DNA of 64,000 nt, taken from assembly GCA_050084515.1 (NCBI GenBank), contig CM114271.1, positions 2,480,001 to 2,544,000 of the forward strand. Reading direction: 5' to 3'. The position numbers and the translations under genes were made by a program. Below the pieces are notes generated by a model that worked only from the letters and a program-made list of their open reading frames with translations, ran no database searches and was not told the origin of the DNA. Positions 47,601 through 60,200 of the stretch are shown one piece after another. The first letter of the stretch is position 1. The number at the start of each line of letters is the position of its first letter. Source of the DNA: Blasia pusilla. Taxonomy: Eukaryota.

Positions 47601-49810
47601 CAATGCAACTCAAGTAGAGGCTACTATGGTGGTGACTCAGGGTGCTACGAGAGTGGCCGAACCATCAAGAGGTGGGATGGAGATAGACCTAGAGGAGGTA
47701 ACTGATGGGTGACAGGCCAGGGCTTCCCAATTGTTTACATTGTCGGAGGCATTGCATACACCATTGATGATGCCTAGACGACAACCGGTGCCCACAAGTG
47801 GGGTAGGTGTATTGATGTCACAAGGGGTTTGAGAGATGACTCGTATGCCACCTTAGGTGGAGCCCGTGTCCACATTGTTGGAGATAGCCATTAGGCTGAG
47901 CCAGACTCCTTTGTTTTTTTTATGGAGTTGGCGGCGATGGAAGTTGGGCTAGTAGAGGAGTTCCAGTTGGCCGCCATGTTGTGTGATCATGGAGAGGTGA
48001 GTGCCTCTCGTTCAAAGATCGTAAACCTGCCCTTAGAGCAAGTATAGTGTATGACCCATTGCACGTTCTACTTGATTCAAGAGCGCAACCTTTGATGTTA
48101 GGAAAGGTGGCATGTTTGGCATTGGGGTTACAAAAAAGTGGCATTGAGCCTTGTCCCTTTCAGATATAGACCTCAATTGGGGGCATATCACTCCCGCAAC
48201 ACATAAGAGTTAATTGTTAGACTCCAGCTAGAACGTGAGTCAGATAGTGCGATGGTGTGCACTCGGGAAATTACGACACCGGCAGAGTCGTATGATGTCA
48301 CTTTTGATGTGTTGGAAGGAATTAAAATATTGTCATTTTTGTACCCCATTGGTTTCATCCTTGATTTTGGGGAGAAGACTGTTTCTTATCAGCCAAGATG
48401 GCGATCAGATGATGGACGGGTGGGCCATTAACTGGTGCAATTTGGTCGTAGTGGTGGTCGATCACCTAATGATAAGATGATTAGTGACCATGTTGGAAGC
48501 ACTCATATGTGATGTTAGTTTGACCAGGAGAGTTGTTGGAGGGGACCATCAATGGGGAGGATACCTTGGTAGTGGACAGTCCCACGGAGGGACAAGTTAG
48601 GGTGGGTGTCTCTTCCCATGCTGCAGAGACCTCTTTATCGTTGTTGGGTACGAGCGTTGAGTTGCAGAGGAGTGTAGATGACCTTGTGAGTTAGGCATGG
48701 AGTCGAGCCTGTGTCTTGGGGCAGAAAAGTCAAGTGATAGTCGTGCTCTTGGAGTGGAGACTTGATATCTTCAGATACCACACGTGTTATGTGGCAGCGT
48801 CTGTAGGAGGATGCAAGAGTGTTAGATATCTTCGGAGGGATCAACATAGTGCATAGTTGTAGTGTTGCAAGATGACATCCAGACACATCGATAGCTCTAG
48901 GTAGAGATAGATGAGATGGATATGTGGATGAGTGTGTGTTGGAAGATATGGCGGATATGATAGCACTAACCTGCTTGATGTGTATATAGTAGTAGATCAT
49001 GTCAGGTAGATGTGATGTCTACTATCTAGAGTTAGAAGGGTCCAATTGCTAGCTAGGGGGCGATTGTGTGCTCTTAGGATATATGCGTGAGTATATTTTA
49101 TTTATGAGTGGAACGACCCGTGTGTTGGGAAGATTGGTATCATGTGGTGTGTAGATGTGATCAATGATGTGGATTGTGTAGCGATGTGTAAGTGTTCGAT
49201 AGTTGAGACATCTTAGTTAGCCAACATGTAGAGTTATACCGCATCGATGACGTAGAGGATCAAGTTAGATCAACGAGATGTTCGGGTGTAATTTCATCTT
49301 GAGATGTCGGATAAGGTTGGCGACATATCCGTTACATTGGGAACATCATTTTTGAGGATTTCCTTATTTTGTTCTTAGTTGTCATGTGACTCGTTGACTA
49401 AGTTAATGTTCATCCAGTAACCTAAGCACGTAGGTTATCGTTTGGAAGCTCTTTTTGGGGAATGAACCTTTTGGCTCTTTCCAAGTCTATAAGAGAGGAA
49501 GAGATGGCTTTCCCAAGCCGTCCATCTTTCTCATGTTGGGCCTTAGGAGCACATCTCTTGCTTTGTGTAGAAGGAACTAGGGTGCTAGCATCTGGATTTC
49601 CTCATAGCGAAGGGTGGATGTGGTTCGATGTAGATTCGAGAATGGAGTTGGCTATGTGAGCTATTTTTACTCATGTTTTGTTTTGTGATCTCGATGTATA
49701 TGCATGAGTTTATTTCGATTAAGAGTGGATTGACCATAGTGTTGGGAAGATCAATGTTATGTGGTGTGTAGATATAACTAGCGATGTTGATTGTGTAACA
49801 ATGTATATAC
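44660..49810 (+). mobile_element. Second, older, internally deleted member of the methyltransferase-bearing Gypsy family
   Basis: Colinear homology to element 1: GTIDLDGFIQEFDTWC (~45470), KGLFQHLEGP (~46405), DKLKSLHDFQR (~46690), CFDLH (~47300), VLLDSRAQPLMLGK (~48065), VLDIFGGI (48819-48842), then a jump to the 3' region and PPT AGGGGGCGA (49055-49063). A direct repeat at 44664-44757 and 49597-49680 may be LTR remnants. Confidence 0.85.
45563..46389. mobile_element. 827-bp non-autonomous hAT-type element interrupting gag of Gypsy copy 2
   Basis: 15-bp TIR CAAGGCTCGGCTAGT / ACTAGCCGAGCCCTG (14/15). Flanks CTTTCGTG and CTTTAATG (6/8). Gag homology resumes across the insertion. Internal 244-bp-period tandem duplication at 45754-46230. 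Confidence 0.85.
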
Positions 49811-51082
49811 CCACTACACTTTTCAATGAACTTGTCAAATGGTGTGAATGCCAAGATGGGATGAGGATCTAAGGTGGAATATGAATTCTAAAAATTGAGC
49901 CAATGATGCTTCTCGACTTTTCTTGAAGATTAGCGAGTGGAACAACAAGGGGTTAATATCCTCGCTTGAAAAATTGGTTAAAAAAATGTTTTAGAAAAAA
50001 CTCCAAATATAACTACAAAGGCCAGTAGGTGAAGGGGGTAAAATTGGGGATGGAAATAGTTTTTTTTCTTACACTTTATTTGGGCTATAAAACCGAAATG
50101 ACTAGTTAATTTTCAAACAAATGCAGAAATTTTAAAGTATATGAGGAAAATATTTTCCGAAAGGTAATTGTGAAATTATTTGTTCAATTGATACTAAACT
50201 TGTTTCTCCTTCTTGACCGTTGGTTCCACACAAGAAACACCTCCAAAATGGCACCTCCGCTAGTCTGGCCGTCCCCAGAATCAGTCGTTCGTTCGGCGTA
50301 CTAGGGTAGTCCTGCTAAACTAATCGTAAATAAGAAGGGACAGGTGTTGTTTGTACAGTACACGCAATGGCTGCTCGTGCAGACAACAAGGAGAGTATCC
50401 GCTGAATTAGCGGCAGCTGCCTTGCTGTCATCCTAGCTGTCGCGGTTCTGGGCAGTGAAGTCAAAACCCGACCCGTGACAGAAATGAGACGCAACTCGCT
50501 TACTTTGGCGGAATATGACGCTCCTCAGCCCCACAGGCTTTTAATGAAGGTGATGTGGTGGACCTCCACATATAGTCCCAGCTAGACGTCTTGCTAACCT
50601 TATCTCGTCATGACGGTGTAAGACTTCGACGGGGAAGAGAATCCCTTCTGCTAAGCTCTGCTTTTAACAGATAACGTCGTTGCAAATCCGAATTAGCGCA
50701 GCGCCACAGAATGAATGTTTGCTGATGTGGCAGCCTAGCAGGCATGCAATCGTTGGGTGGGGCCTGCCACAAGTATCGGAATTCCGGGAATCCCGATGGA
50801 CATCCCCAGAGGCTGCGGGTCCCGATTCCCGAGAGGAAGATTTCCCGGCAGAGTGATTTTGGTATGTACACGTGTGAAAGGTTAAGGTCAGCCCTACCCT
50901 GGGCGACGATAGGAAAGGGAGTAGGAAGTCCTCCACCTACTATAGTTGCTCCCTCGGTTTCCGGTATACTCCCTTTAGCTAAACTAGTAAGGACCCGCAA
51001 GGCGAGGGACCGTGACACGCACGGATCCCCTTTTAATAATTCCGGTTCAAGTGGTTTTACCAGTCCTAATATTTTGAGGAAA

Positions 51083-52147
51083 TCATATTATTAAGGGCGT
51101 TAGCGCTTTGCTAAGAAGCTCCCGGGAACGCCACGTGTGAAGTCTAGCAGATATTCAGTTATTGTTTAATTTTTTTATACTAAGCTAAAATTTGAGTAGA
51201 CTTTTTTTATTAAATAATAATTAAATTTTTTTAAAAGATAAATTGAAAATTGAAAAATAAAATCAATAAATAAAATATATTTTTTTCAGTTTCATTTTCC
51301 ATTTTAGAAATTAAAATTATGATTTCAACATTTAGGGGATTTTTTTTAATTTCAAGTTAATTTTGGAAGGAAAATTATATATTATTTTAAAAATATTTCA
51401 TTTGATTTCCTTTTCAATCTTTAATTGTGAAGGATTTTTTACCAATATTTTGAGACAAACTTTGGGTCAAAATGAGTGAATTTTTTTTCTGATTGAGAAA
51501 CTTTGAAGGCCCCTATCAAATTTGTCCATGAATTGATGATTTTTTTAAATTTTCCCCTTTACTAAGAAAACAAGGACGGTAAGGTTTTAATAATAATTGA
51601 TTATTTATAATTAACTCAAAATTAAAATATTTCCCCAATGAAATCTTTAGTCTTTTTTTCTTTTTTTTAATCTTTCCTCATTTGAAAATTTCAAATTATT
51701 TTTTCAAGGTTCATGCAAACTAAATTTAAAGTTTAGTTTTGAGGGGAAATTAATTTTAATTTTGGGAAAAAATGGAAAGAATAATAGGACATTAATGGGA
51801 CAAGAATTATTCTTCAAAATAAAGGAACACATATTATTTCTATTTTATTTTTAACTTTCAAGTTAGATTTTGGGGGAATTCAATCCCTCTTTTGGGAAAA
51901 AAATCATCTAAATATTTGATTTTCTTTTATTTATTGAAAGACGGGGATTGGAAAAGGGATAACTTATTTTTAAAATTAATAAAGGAAAATGTATGAAAAA
52001 TTTTCTTGAGGGGAATTGGATGTATCATAAAAAGAATTGATCTTTTTTTTTTTTGTCATCTTTTTTTTAAATTAAATTTTATTCATCGTGTGTCACTCAG
52101 TGACACAGGCGGTCACTCAATGCATCACACGGGCAGAAAATTACTAG
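51083..52147 (+). mobile_element. AT-rich non-autonomous Helitron-like element
   Basis: Starts A^TCATATTATTAA and ends with a degenerate hairpin CTCAATGCATCACACGGG followed by CTAG^T (52144-52147). Extra hairpin TGTGTCAC-TCA-GTGACACA at 52089-52107. Confidence 0.5.
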
Positions 52148-52606
52148 TAATGATAAGTGTCAAACGAAGGAGCAATTAAGAAACCGCCTCCTCCGATTAG
52201 TAGAGAATTTTAAATTAGTCTTTGTGAGTTAGTGATTGGGAGTTATAACATTTGTTCGTTTAAAAGGTTAATTTTTTTTTAATTTATATGGTAAATTAAT
52301 TTTTGGTACAATTTATTTGGAGAGAAGATGGGTAATGATTTGGAATCCCAACACATGTACTTAAGGAAATTCAGAAAAAGTGTTGAGAGGAAAGATTGGC
52401 ATGTCCTAGTTCTTATTTTTTCAGTAGCTGGTGCAACATTTGTGCAATTCATGGGGATTTGTAGGACTTGATTTGGAATTTTTAGTGTTGAATTAATATT
52501 CCTTGTGTAAGAATTTCATTTTGTTTAGGGCTTGGACAATGAGTACCACATCCTCCCGAGATGCATAGATAGTTGCGGTCTTGCATTTATTGCGAGAAGA
52601 TCCGAG

Positions 52607-52851
52607 TAGTGGTTTGCGTTCGAATCCACCTAGGGACTTCCTATTGGTAGTCCCCTCTTTGACCCGTTCGAATGGACGGGTGGGATAGAAGATCAGGACA
52701 GGTAATTAAAAAAATCTTTCCCAACTAAATAACAAAGCTCCTTGCATATCAGTGTGGAATGTCGGTAGGCTAGTGGGGTGGGTCATCAAGTGCGGGCATA
52801 GTGGTCTGGGTTTGAATCCACCTAGGGACTTCATGTCGGTAGTCCCCTCTT
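52607..52851 (+). repeat. Two ~53-bp repeats with a Pol III B-box-like motif (SINE-head-like)
   Basis: 52607-52659 and 52799-52851 share TAGTGGT..G.GTTYGAATCCACCTAGGGACTTC...GGTAGTCCCCTCTT. Confidence 0.55.
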
Positions 52852-55158
52852 ACTTGCCTGCCTGCGTTCAAGCTGCCCAATCTTGCAATAAACTCAAGGT
52901 TACGACTATCTATGGGCTTCCTGTCCTCTCGCCTGTCCTCCTTATATTCCTTACATGTACACTTTCATGACCTTCTTAATGAAGAATATTTCCTCCTTTA
53001 AGGTAAGTGTCCACCTATGATTCCCAAAACAAGGATTGCTTTTGTGTAATTGTATAATTTTCACGATTTTTTTCCTATTTCTAAACGAGTGATAGGTACT
53101 CATTTTTTACATGTAACTTATTCAAAAGGGAAAATTTTGGGAGTACATTTTGGGAGGTAATTCACATGGGCTTACACTAGTCTCTTTCTATTAGGACTTG
53201 CTTAAATGCACAATGATTTAACTACCTCCCAAAATGATAAGTAACTCTCAAAATTCTCAAGTGCCATTTTCAATCAATTTTGAGTCCATTTCACCAAAAG
53301 TGGCACTGAAAGTTCACTGAATTTATTAGAGCTACTATTATATCTTTTCGCTCATTGTAATATAGAAAGTGAAAACGCAATTGCCTCCAAATTCTCTAAG
53401 GTCATCATCCTTCTTTCACTAATGGTCCATACCATGCTTGAAACCACTAACATTTCAATAATCCATTCAAGAGTCATTTTCATACTAAGTCCAACCACAT
53501 CATATATCCTTTTGTGTGACCAAGTATGACACCAACGCCTTCCAAGTTTTTACTAAATTTTAAATTTTGTGCACATAGATCGGTATATGGTATCCTTGTG
53601 TGAGTCATAGAGAAATTTATATTCAAGAAATATCTTGTTACTGCGTATGTTATTTTTTTCTTGTCATTTGGGTTATCCACATGTACTTTACACTTGTTTA
53701 ATAATTTAGTAATATTATTCTCCCACCCGTATCATGGATTGCACATAATTATAACTTCAAATTAAGAATCTATTTGATTCTTAATGTGCCCATTTTTTAA
53801 GAAATATAGATTTGTAGACAACTTCGTGCTCCAACCTAGGTACTCGAGAAATAATAGTAATAATAATAAATCAAGAAAAATATTTAAATTAGTCTTGTTT
53901 TAAATTTTTTCAGCAGCCCCATAATTTCCACACGCATCCTTTCTGTAGATGAGGTCACTCACAAATGTTGCCAAGGAAGTTACACCTCCCCCATTGAACC
54001 TCCTGCCTACATCTTCGAAGGTTGGAAGCTTAAGTGGATAATGATGATGAAGAAGAAGTGGTCAGCCATTTTGACTTAGAGTTTCTTGCGTGGAAACACG
54101 TGCAATTATTGCTCCATGATCCGAATTTCTTGGCGTTTCTGTTCGCATATTGTTATTTGTTTTGGGTGCGGTCCATTACTATTAATTATTAACAGTTTTT
54201 AATAGACTCTTTCGTCCTCTCTCTTTTCATTCTCTCTCTCTCCTTTTTCCTGCGCCTCATTTCGCTTAGTGAAGTGTGATGCAATCAAACCCGCAAGTTG
54301 TCTGCCTTCTAAATTTAGAGCTTTTCTTTTATTTATTTACTCCCTTTTGATGAGGCGTCATCTATGTTATATTATTTATTCTAGCAAAGGGATGGGTTCA
54401 AGAGCTTTCTTCTTAAGTGCAACAGTTTGAATAAAGTTTTTTCCATATAATCACAGGAGAGGGGGGTCACTTTTTTAGTACCTTTTAATATAAGGAAGGT
54501 CCAATAGTAAATAATAAATTCATATTTTATAAAATAAAACTAATTTTTTTTATGCATTGACATTTATTTTTTATTTGATTTCATTTAGTGTCACCACTAA
54601 TTTCTATTCTCATTGGAGTTTCAACATCGGAAACGATTAGAGGATACACAAGGTAGAGAGAAAAGAAATGAGGCAGGATTGCGATGACGATAATTACATG
54701 AACTTAGGATCTTATTGAATAATGTTATAAAATGAGAAAACATGGAAAATATGTACATGTGCGAGAGAGCATTGCACCAGCGGTCTCTCTTTATTATATA
54801 AAGGAGTCTAAGCTTGGAATAGAGGGATAACGAGAGATGGAGAGATGGAGAGACCAAGCAATTTTTTCACGCGAAATTAGGTCAGAATTACCAAATCAAA
54901 ACAATCCATAATGTTACAAGACTTTAGGGTTTCACTATTGCAACCTCCTTGGGTTTTTTCAAAAGAGTATCTTCGCAATTTAATCATTCTTCTCTCATTT
55001 CATCAACAAATATTAATGAAAGTAATATTATTTCATCCAAACTAATGTCTTTCTTTACGGCCTCTATCGATATATTCGTCATTTTTTTCTCGTCATTTAA
55101 TAATTTAGTAGTATTGTATCCCACCCCTCTCATGGGCCGCCCCACGAAAGGAAGAAGG

Positions 55159-55281
55159 GGGGGAATGCCCCCTTCTTCCTTTTCTGGTCTTGTTGTGGCC
55201 TTCAGGTTTTGACTCTTTGAGTCCCCATCTTTTGTACTTCCCATGGGTTTTCCATCACTCGTTTTTATCGAAATGCATCTT
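55159..55281 (+). repeat. ~122-bp dispersed repeat, copy 2
   Basis: Near-identical to 42339-42461. Confidence 0.9.
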
Positions 55282-55747
55282 TATTTTTATGGGCCGCACA
55301 CTGGTTAACTAACTAACTACTATTATAAATTCTTGCAAAATGAAACATAAAAGTAGCAGAAAAACATTTATTATGTTTGATTAACGGGAGGAGGCGTGAG
55401 TGAAGCTGATGAACAACTATCATCAATCCTGGGTGTCACACCACATGCAGCAGCATCGAGTGCTAGTGCTAAAGAAGTGCTAAATCCCGACAGTGCGTTA
55501 TAAGCATGACACAAGATCGGGGATCCCAGCTAGCAAACCTTTCCTACGATCGCCAAACGCGCCTTGCTAAAGTTAGCGGCGAGTCCGAGATTGGCGGTGC
55601 CCCGAAAGCCCGGGTCAAAAGGGGGCTCATCGCGTCCGTCCGTTGCGTACCGCGCCTCCACACGACGGTGGATCTCCACAGACGGCGCCGCGGTGGACTA
55701 GCGCTAGTATGGGCGCCAGTCAAGTGGCCTTCGCGTCTCGTCTCGTC

Positions 55748-55880
55748 TCGTCGCGCCCTTCTATCGTCCCATTCGCCATCGCGAGTCGTCGCGCGCTTCT
55801 TCCGTCCCATTCGCCATCGCGAGTCGTCGCGCGCTTCTTCCGTCCCATTCGCCACTGCGTCTCGTCGCGCCCTTCTCCCG
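55748..55880. repeat. CpG-rich 38-bp tandem repeat (about 3.5 units)
   Basis: CGTCCCATTCGCCATCGCGAGTCGTCGCGCGCTTCTTC starts at 55765 and 55803, with a variant at 55841. Confidence 0.9.
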
Positions 55881-56792
55881 TTTTAAAGTTTATATTCATC
55901 TCCCGTCCCCAGCGCCACCGAGTCTCGTCGCGGGAGAATCCGTCGCGCCCATACGCTGCCTGGCGTCCGGACTCGTCTCCAGCCGCCACAGCGAGCGGGC
56001 AAGTGCAGCGTTGACTGCTGGTGAAGAAGGTGGGACACGTGGTGAGGCGGCAGTCCGTGGCTCCGGCAAAGGCCGGGAACGGGCGGGACGGTCCCAGTCC
56101 CTCCCCCGGAAGAGTCCCGGTCCCACAGTAGAGGTGTTTCCAGAGAACAGAATATTTCGCTCTCTCCTCTTTTCCACCTGTCACGGGATTTTCTCGGAAT
56201 AAGCTAATAATACCCCACACGACGAAAACAAATCGAAACTCCCCACCCATAATTCCGATAATCATTTTCCACCGTGTAACACCCCATTGGTGGAATGGGA
56301 ATCGGCCCCTCCCTCTCTCACCCGCCTGTTATAACTAAACCTTCATCATCATTTACTAATAACCAATAGCCGAAGAATGAATGATTATTAAACTTTAAAT
56401 ACGGGTAAAAATACGTTTGATCTTCGCTGCAATATACACGGTGCCCTTTGAAGATACCCGGGGCCGGGTAGAGGAATGTGGTTCTGCCCGCAGCCCGAGG
56501 TTGACATCCCTAGAGTGGCGCGCTTACGTCGTCGCTAGCTAGGGCAGGGTTCCGTGACGCCAAGAGGCGGGCGGAGACAGGTTTGTGGGACTAAAATTAA
56601 TTGACGGAAGCGCTTGAAATATGACGGAATGCGCAGGGATTTGAGAGGAAAATCCTCAGCGCTCTGCTGCTGCTGCTGTTGGTGTGCTGCACAGAGGAAG
56701 CACAGAGTGAACAGGCCAGAGCTGAGGCGAGCAGAGGAGAGGAGAGGAGAGAGAGAGAGAGAGAGAAGAGAAGAGAAGAGCAGCGGAGAGAG

Positions 56793-56876
56793 ATGATGGC
56801 CTACGTCTGCGGGCGATTTCAACCACTGTGCAGGAAACCTGTCCGGGGGATGTTGTGTAGTGGATGCATGGTTTAA
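56793..56876 (+). other. Candidate upstream ORF (27 aa) in the H+-ATPase leader
   Basis: ATG 56793 to TAA 56876, MMAYVCGRFQPLCRKPVRGMLCSGCMV. It follows a GA-rich tract (56735-56792) and precedes a donor-like GTGAGC at 56881. Confidence 0.4.
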
Positions 56877-57214
56877 CGTGGTGAGCACAGCGTCGAGGAG
56901 TTGACGTTCGTAGAGGAGATGAATCTGTAGGTCAATTAGGCGTAATTTGCCCGTTTTAGTTGAAGTGAACGTGATTGGCGGCTCGAGGTCGTTTATTTAC
57001 TCCGGTCATGAGAGGCGTTAAGGAGAGTGACTGATTGTGTGTGCGATTTGCTGCCGCTGTCGTCGCCTCCGCTACTCGATAGTCTGGGAGGACTCGTTTG
57101 TTTGGTGACTGATGGTCGATTGTCTTGACAGACGAGATGAAGGCTCTAACGCTCTGATGCACCGGAGTTCTTGAATCCCCGTTTTCTTGACCGGGAAATC
57201 CGAGTGGTTTCAAG

Positions 57215-60200
57215 ATGGCCGAGAGCACGCCAAAGACTGGTAAGGCGGACGGTCTCGACAGTTTGGCAGCCATCAGCAACGAAGACGTTGATTTGGTGAG
57301 GACTTCCTTCATCGGTCGTCAATTTCGGCTACCTTATGTCGCAGTGCGGAACAATTCAGAAAATCTATCAATGATGATGGCGGAATCGTCGCGGATGAGA
57401 TGGACTTGTGGCAGCACTGACGGCGCTTGGTTTCCGCTTGTCGACGAGATTGCTCCTTCGTGATGAACATGCATAAAATTTCACGACGGAAATCCCCGTA
57501 TCTGAGTATCTCACTCATTCGTGTGTGGGAACACTTTTTCAGGAGCACATTCCTATCGAGGAAGTGTTCGAGCAGCTACGATGTACAAAGGAGGGGTTGA
57601 CGACGGAAGAGGGAGAGGATCGTATCAGATTGTTTGGAATGAACAAATTGGAAGAGAAAACGGTAAATGCACGAAATCACTTGTTTCCTTCCTTTGAAGT
57701 CGGTCTACATGTTTCTTGGTTTCTTCATCCTCAGCAGGAGATTATTATGTCGCTCTCGGGATGAGATTCCCGGTTCCCCACACCACGCCCTCCACGGTTT
57801 GAGACTGGAAAAATCTTCTCAGGTAGGAGAGTATAAACTTGAATTCTCTTCGAGTCATGGGCCGTGCGCCGATTTTGAAATAATTCCTTCGAGGTTCACG
57901 CGGGATCCAGAATATCCTTCATTGTCTTGAATGATGTGTCCCATCAGGACGTAAGAAGTAATCTTCCCTTCCTTTCGAAGGTTTACAGATGGATAGACGA
58001 TGTGGATGCAGTCGTATCTGCCCTCGGCTAGCTTTAGTATGAAGAGGCACGGATTATTGGACGTTTGTCCCAGAAAATTCGAGTTTCTTGTACATTTGCT
58101 TCACTGGGCTCCGTGTTCCTTGATTTTTCCGTCAATGAAGGAGTAGTGAACTTCCTCCATATGTTTAAGTTTGTGACGGCTCGCTTTTCCTCCAAAACTC
58201 GACACTTGCTCCATGTCCGCGTCTTCTCTCATTGGAGCGGTGATTTAAGCGTATATGCTTCAGGCAGTTACACTACCGGTCCATGAAAGAGGAACGGGAG
58301 CTAGTTAATGTTCGTCTGATGGATAGAAAGATGTGCTACCCGTTACTAGCATCCAACTGTAGAGGACCTTCGGCAACAATTATTCGTTGATTGTCTTCTT
58401 TTATCATGGCCTGGATCTCCTCTTTGCTGCGTATACTCGGCATGTTCCAAAAATTCTTTGTAGACTGTGAATTCCTCCTCTTGTTTCACATGTAGATCTG
58501 CTTTCAGCTTCTATTTTCGAACACAGCCTTTTGAGTTGGTAGTATTTTTGAAAGGCTACGGTGCGTTTAGCTAATTTTTGGATTTCTGTTGGGCGATCTC
58601 AGGAAAACAAAATTCTGAAGTTTCTCGGGTTTATGTGGAATCCTCTGTCATGGGTGATGGAAGCTGCCGCAGTTATGGCCATCGCCTTGGCCAATGGTGG
58701 CGTAAGTACCTGTACTTCACTTCCGCTATTACATTTCATGGTTGAAACTGTAGTGTCTTCGCCTTACATCAGCAATTTAAGAGTACGTGTATCTACTTGG
58801 CTCTGAGTTTGACTCGGTGGTTTGCAGGGGAAACCGCCAGATTGGCAAGACTTCCTGGGAATTATGATTTTGCTCGTAATTAACTCTACCATCAGTTTTA
58901 TAGAGGAGAATAACGCTGGAAACGCGGCAGCGTCTCTGATGGCTCGACTAGCTCCAAAGACGAAGGTTGGCGTCGTCCTCTCTGAAACGGGATCACTATC
59001 GCAGCGTAGGATCTATATAGCCGGTGAAAGGTCTCGACAGAGGAATCTTCGGTCTTTTGATTCTGTGCGAATTGTAGCCAGAGCGTGATGCCCTTCACGA
59101 GTTTGGTTTCAGGGATTCTCTTCATTGACGTGGAAATTTACGGTTGATTCTTCTTGGAGCAGGTCTTGCGAGATGGACGATGGGGAGAGCAAGATGCATC
59201 AATCTTGGTACCTGGAGACATCATTAGCATCAAGTTGGGAGACATTGTTCCTGCAGACGCTCGTCTCCTGGAGGGAGATCCTTTAAAAATTGACCAGGTG
59301 TGTGGATACTTGATAATCTATATCCTAGGATTTTCGATTTACCGTTTGCTCTCGAGTCTCCAGTTGTTGTACGCTCTGAACACAAATTTGCTGGCTGCAG
59401 TCTGCTCTGACCGGAGAGTCCTTGCCAGTCACAAGGAAGCCTGGTGATGAGGTGTTTTCGGGGTCCACCTGCAAGCAAGGAGAGCTTGACGCTGTAGTTA
59501 TCGCCACCGGAGTTCACACTTTCTTCGGCAAGGCGGCCCATCTCGTGGACAGTACGAATCAAGTTGGCCATTTCCAGAAAGTGAGCAACTTTCAAATGTT
59601 ATTGAAACTTGAAACTCTTGGAAACTCTTGCAAGCCTTTATAGTTTAGACTATGAAGAGATTCTTAGGATCGTGCGAGGGTAAAACGATCTCACTGGATC
59701 GGCGTACGTTTACTAATAATAATACTGTCTCATTGTTTCTACGAAGTATGAAAGCAGGTTCCCTCATGATTACAACTTCACTATGCTTCGCTTACAATCG
59801 TGCAGGTTCTCACAGCAATCGGAAACTTTTGTATTATCTCTATAGCAGTTGGTCTTATGATTGAGATCGTTGTCATGTACGCCATTCAAAAGAGAGCCTA
59901 CCGACCGGGTATTAATAATCTTCTCGTTTTACTCATCGGCGGTATTCCTATTGCCATGCCCACGGTGCTGTCAGTAACTATGGCCATTGGGTCTCACAGG
60001 CTGTCTCAGCAGGTGCGAAAGAATTGGAGCATTTATTCTGCTTGGAGTGGATGGACCAACTTTAGAGAGACTTATGTCATGATTTCGATTTCCTCTGCGC
60101 AACTCTTCCGTACTTGAATAAACTCGAGTACGTTGGTCACATGTAGTAGACAGAAGTGGACTGTATTTAGCCTTCTGAAGTGGAACGGTAATTGCGATTC

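Noticed and set aside
50608-51094. ORFs of 90-136 aa as a protein-coding gene
   Set aside because: No recognisable motif or supported splice structure; kept only as a possible non-coding island.
55506-56265. Arg/Ser-rich ORFs
   Set aside because: Translations of the GC-rich tandem repeat, open in several frames with no domain signal.
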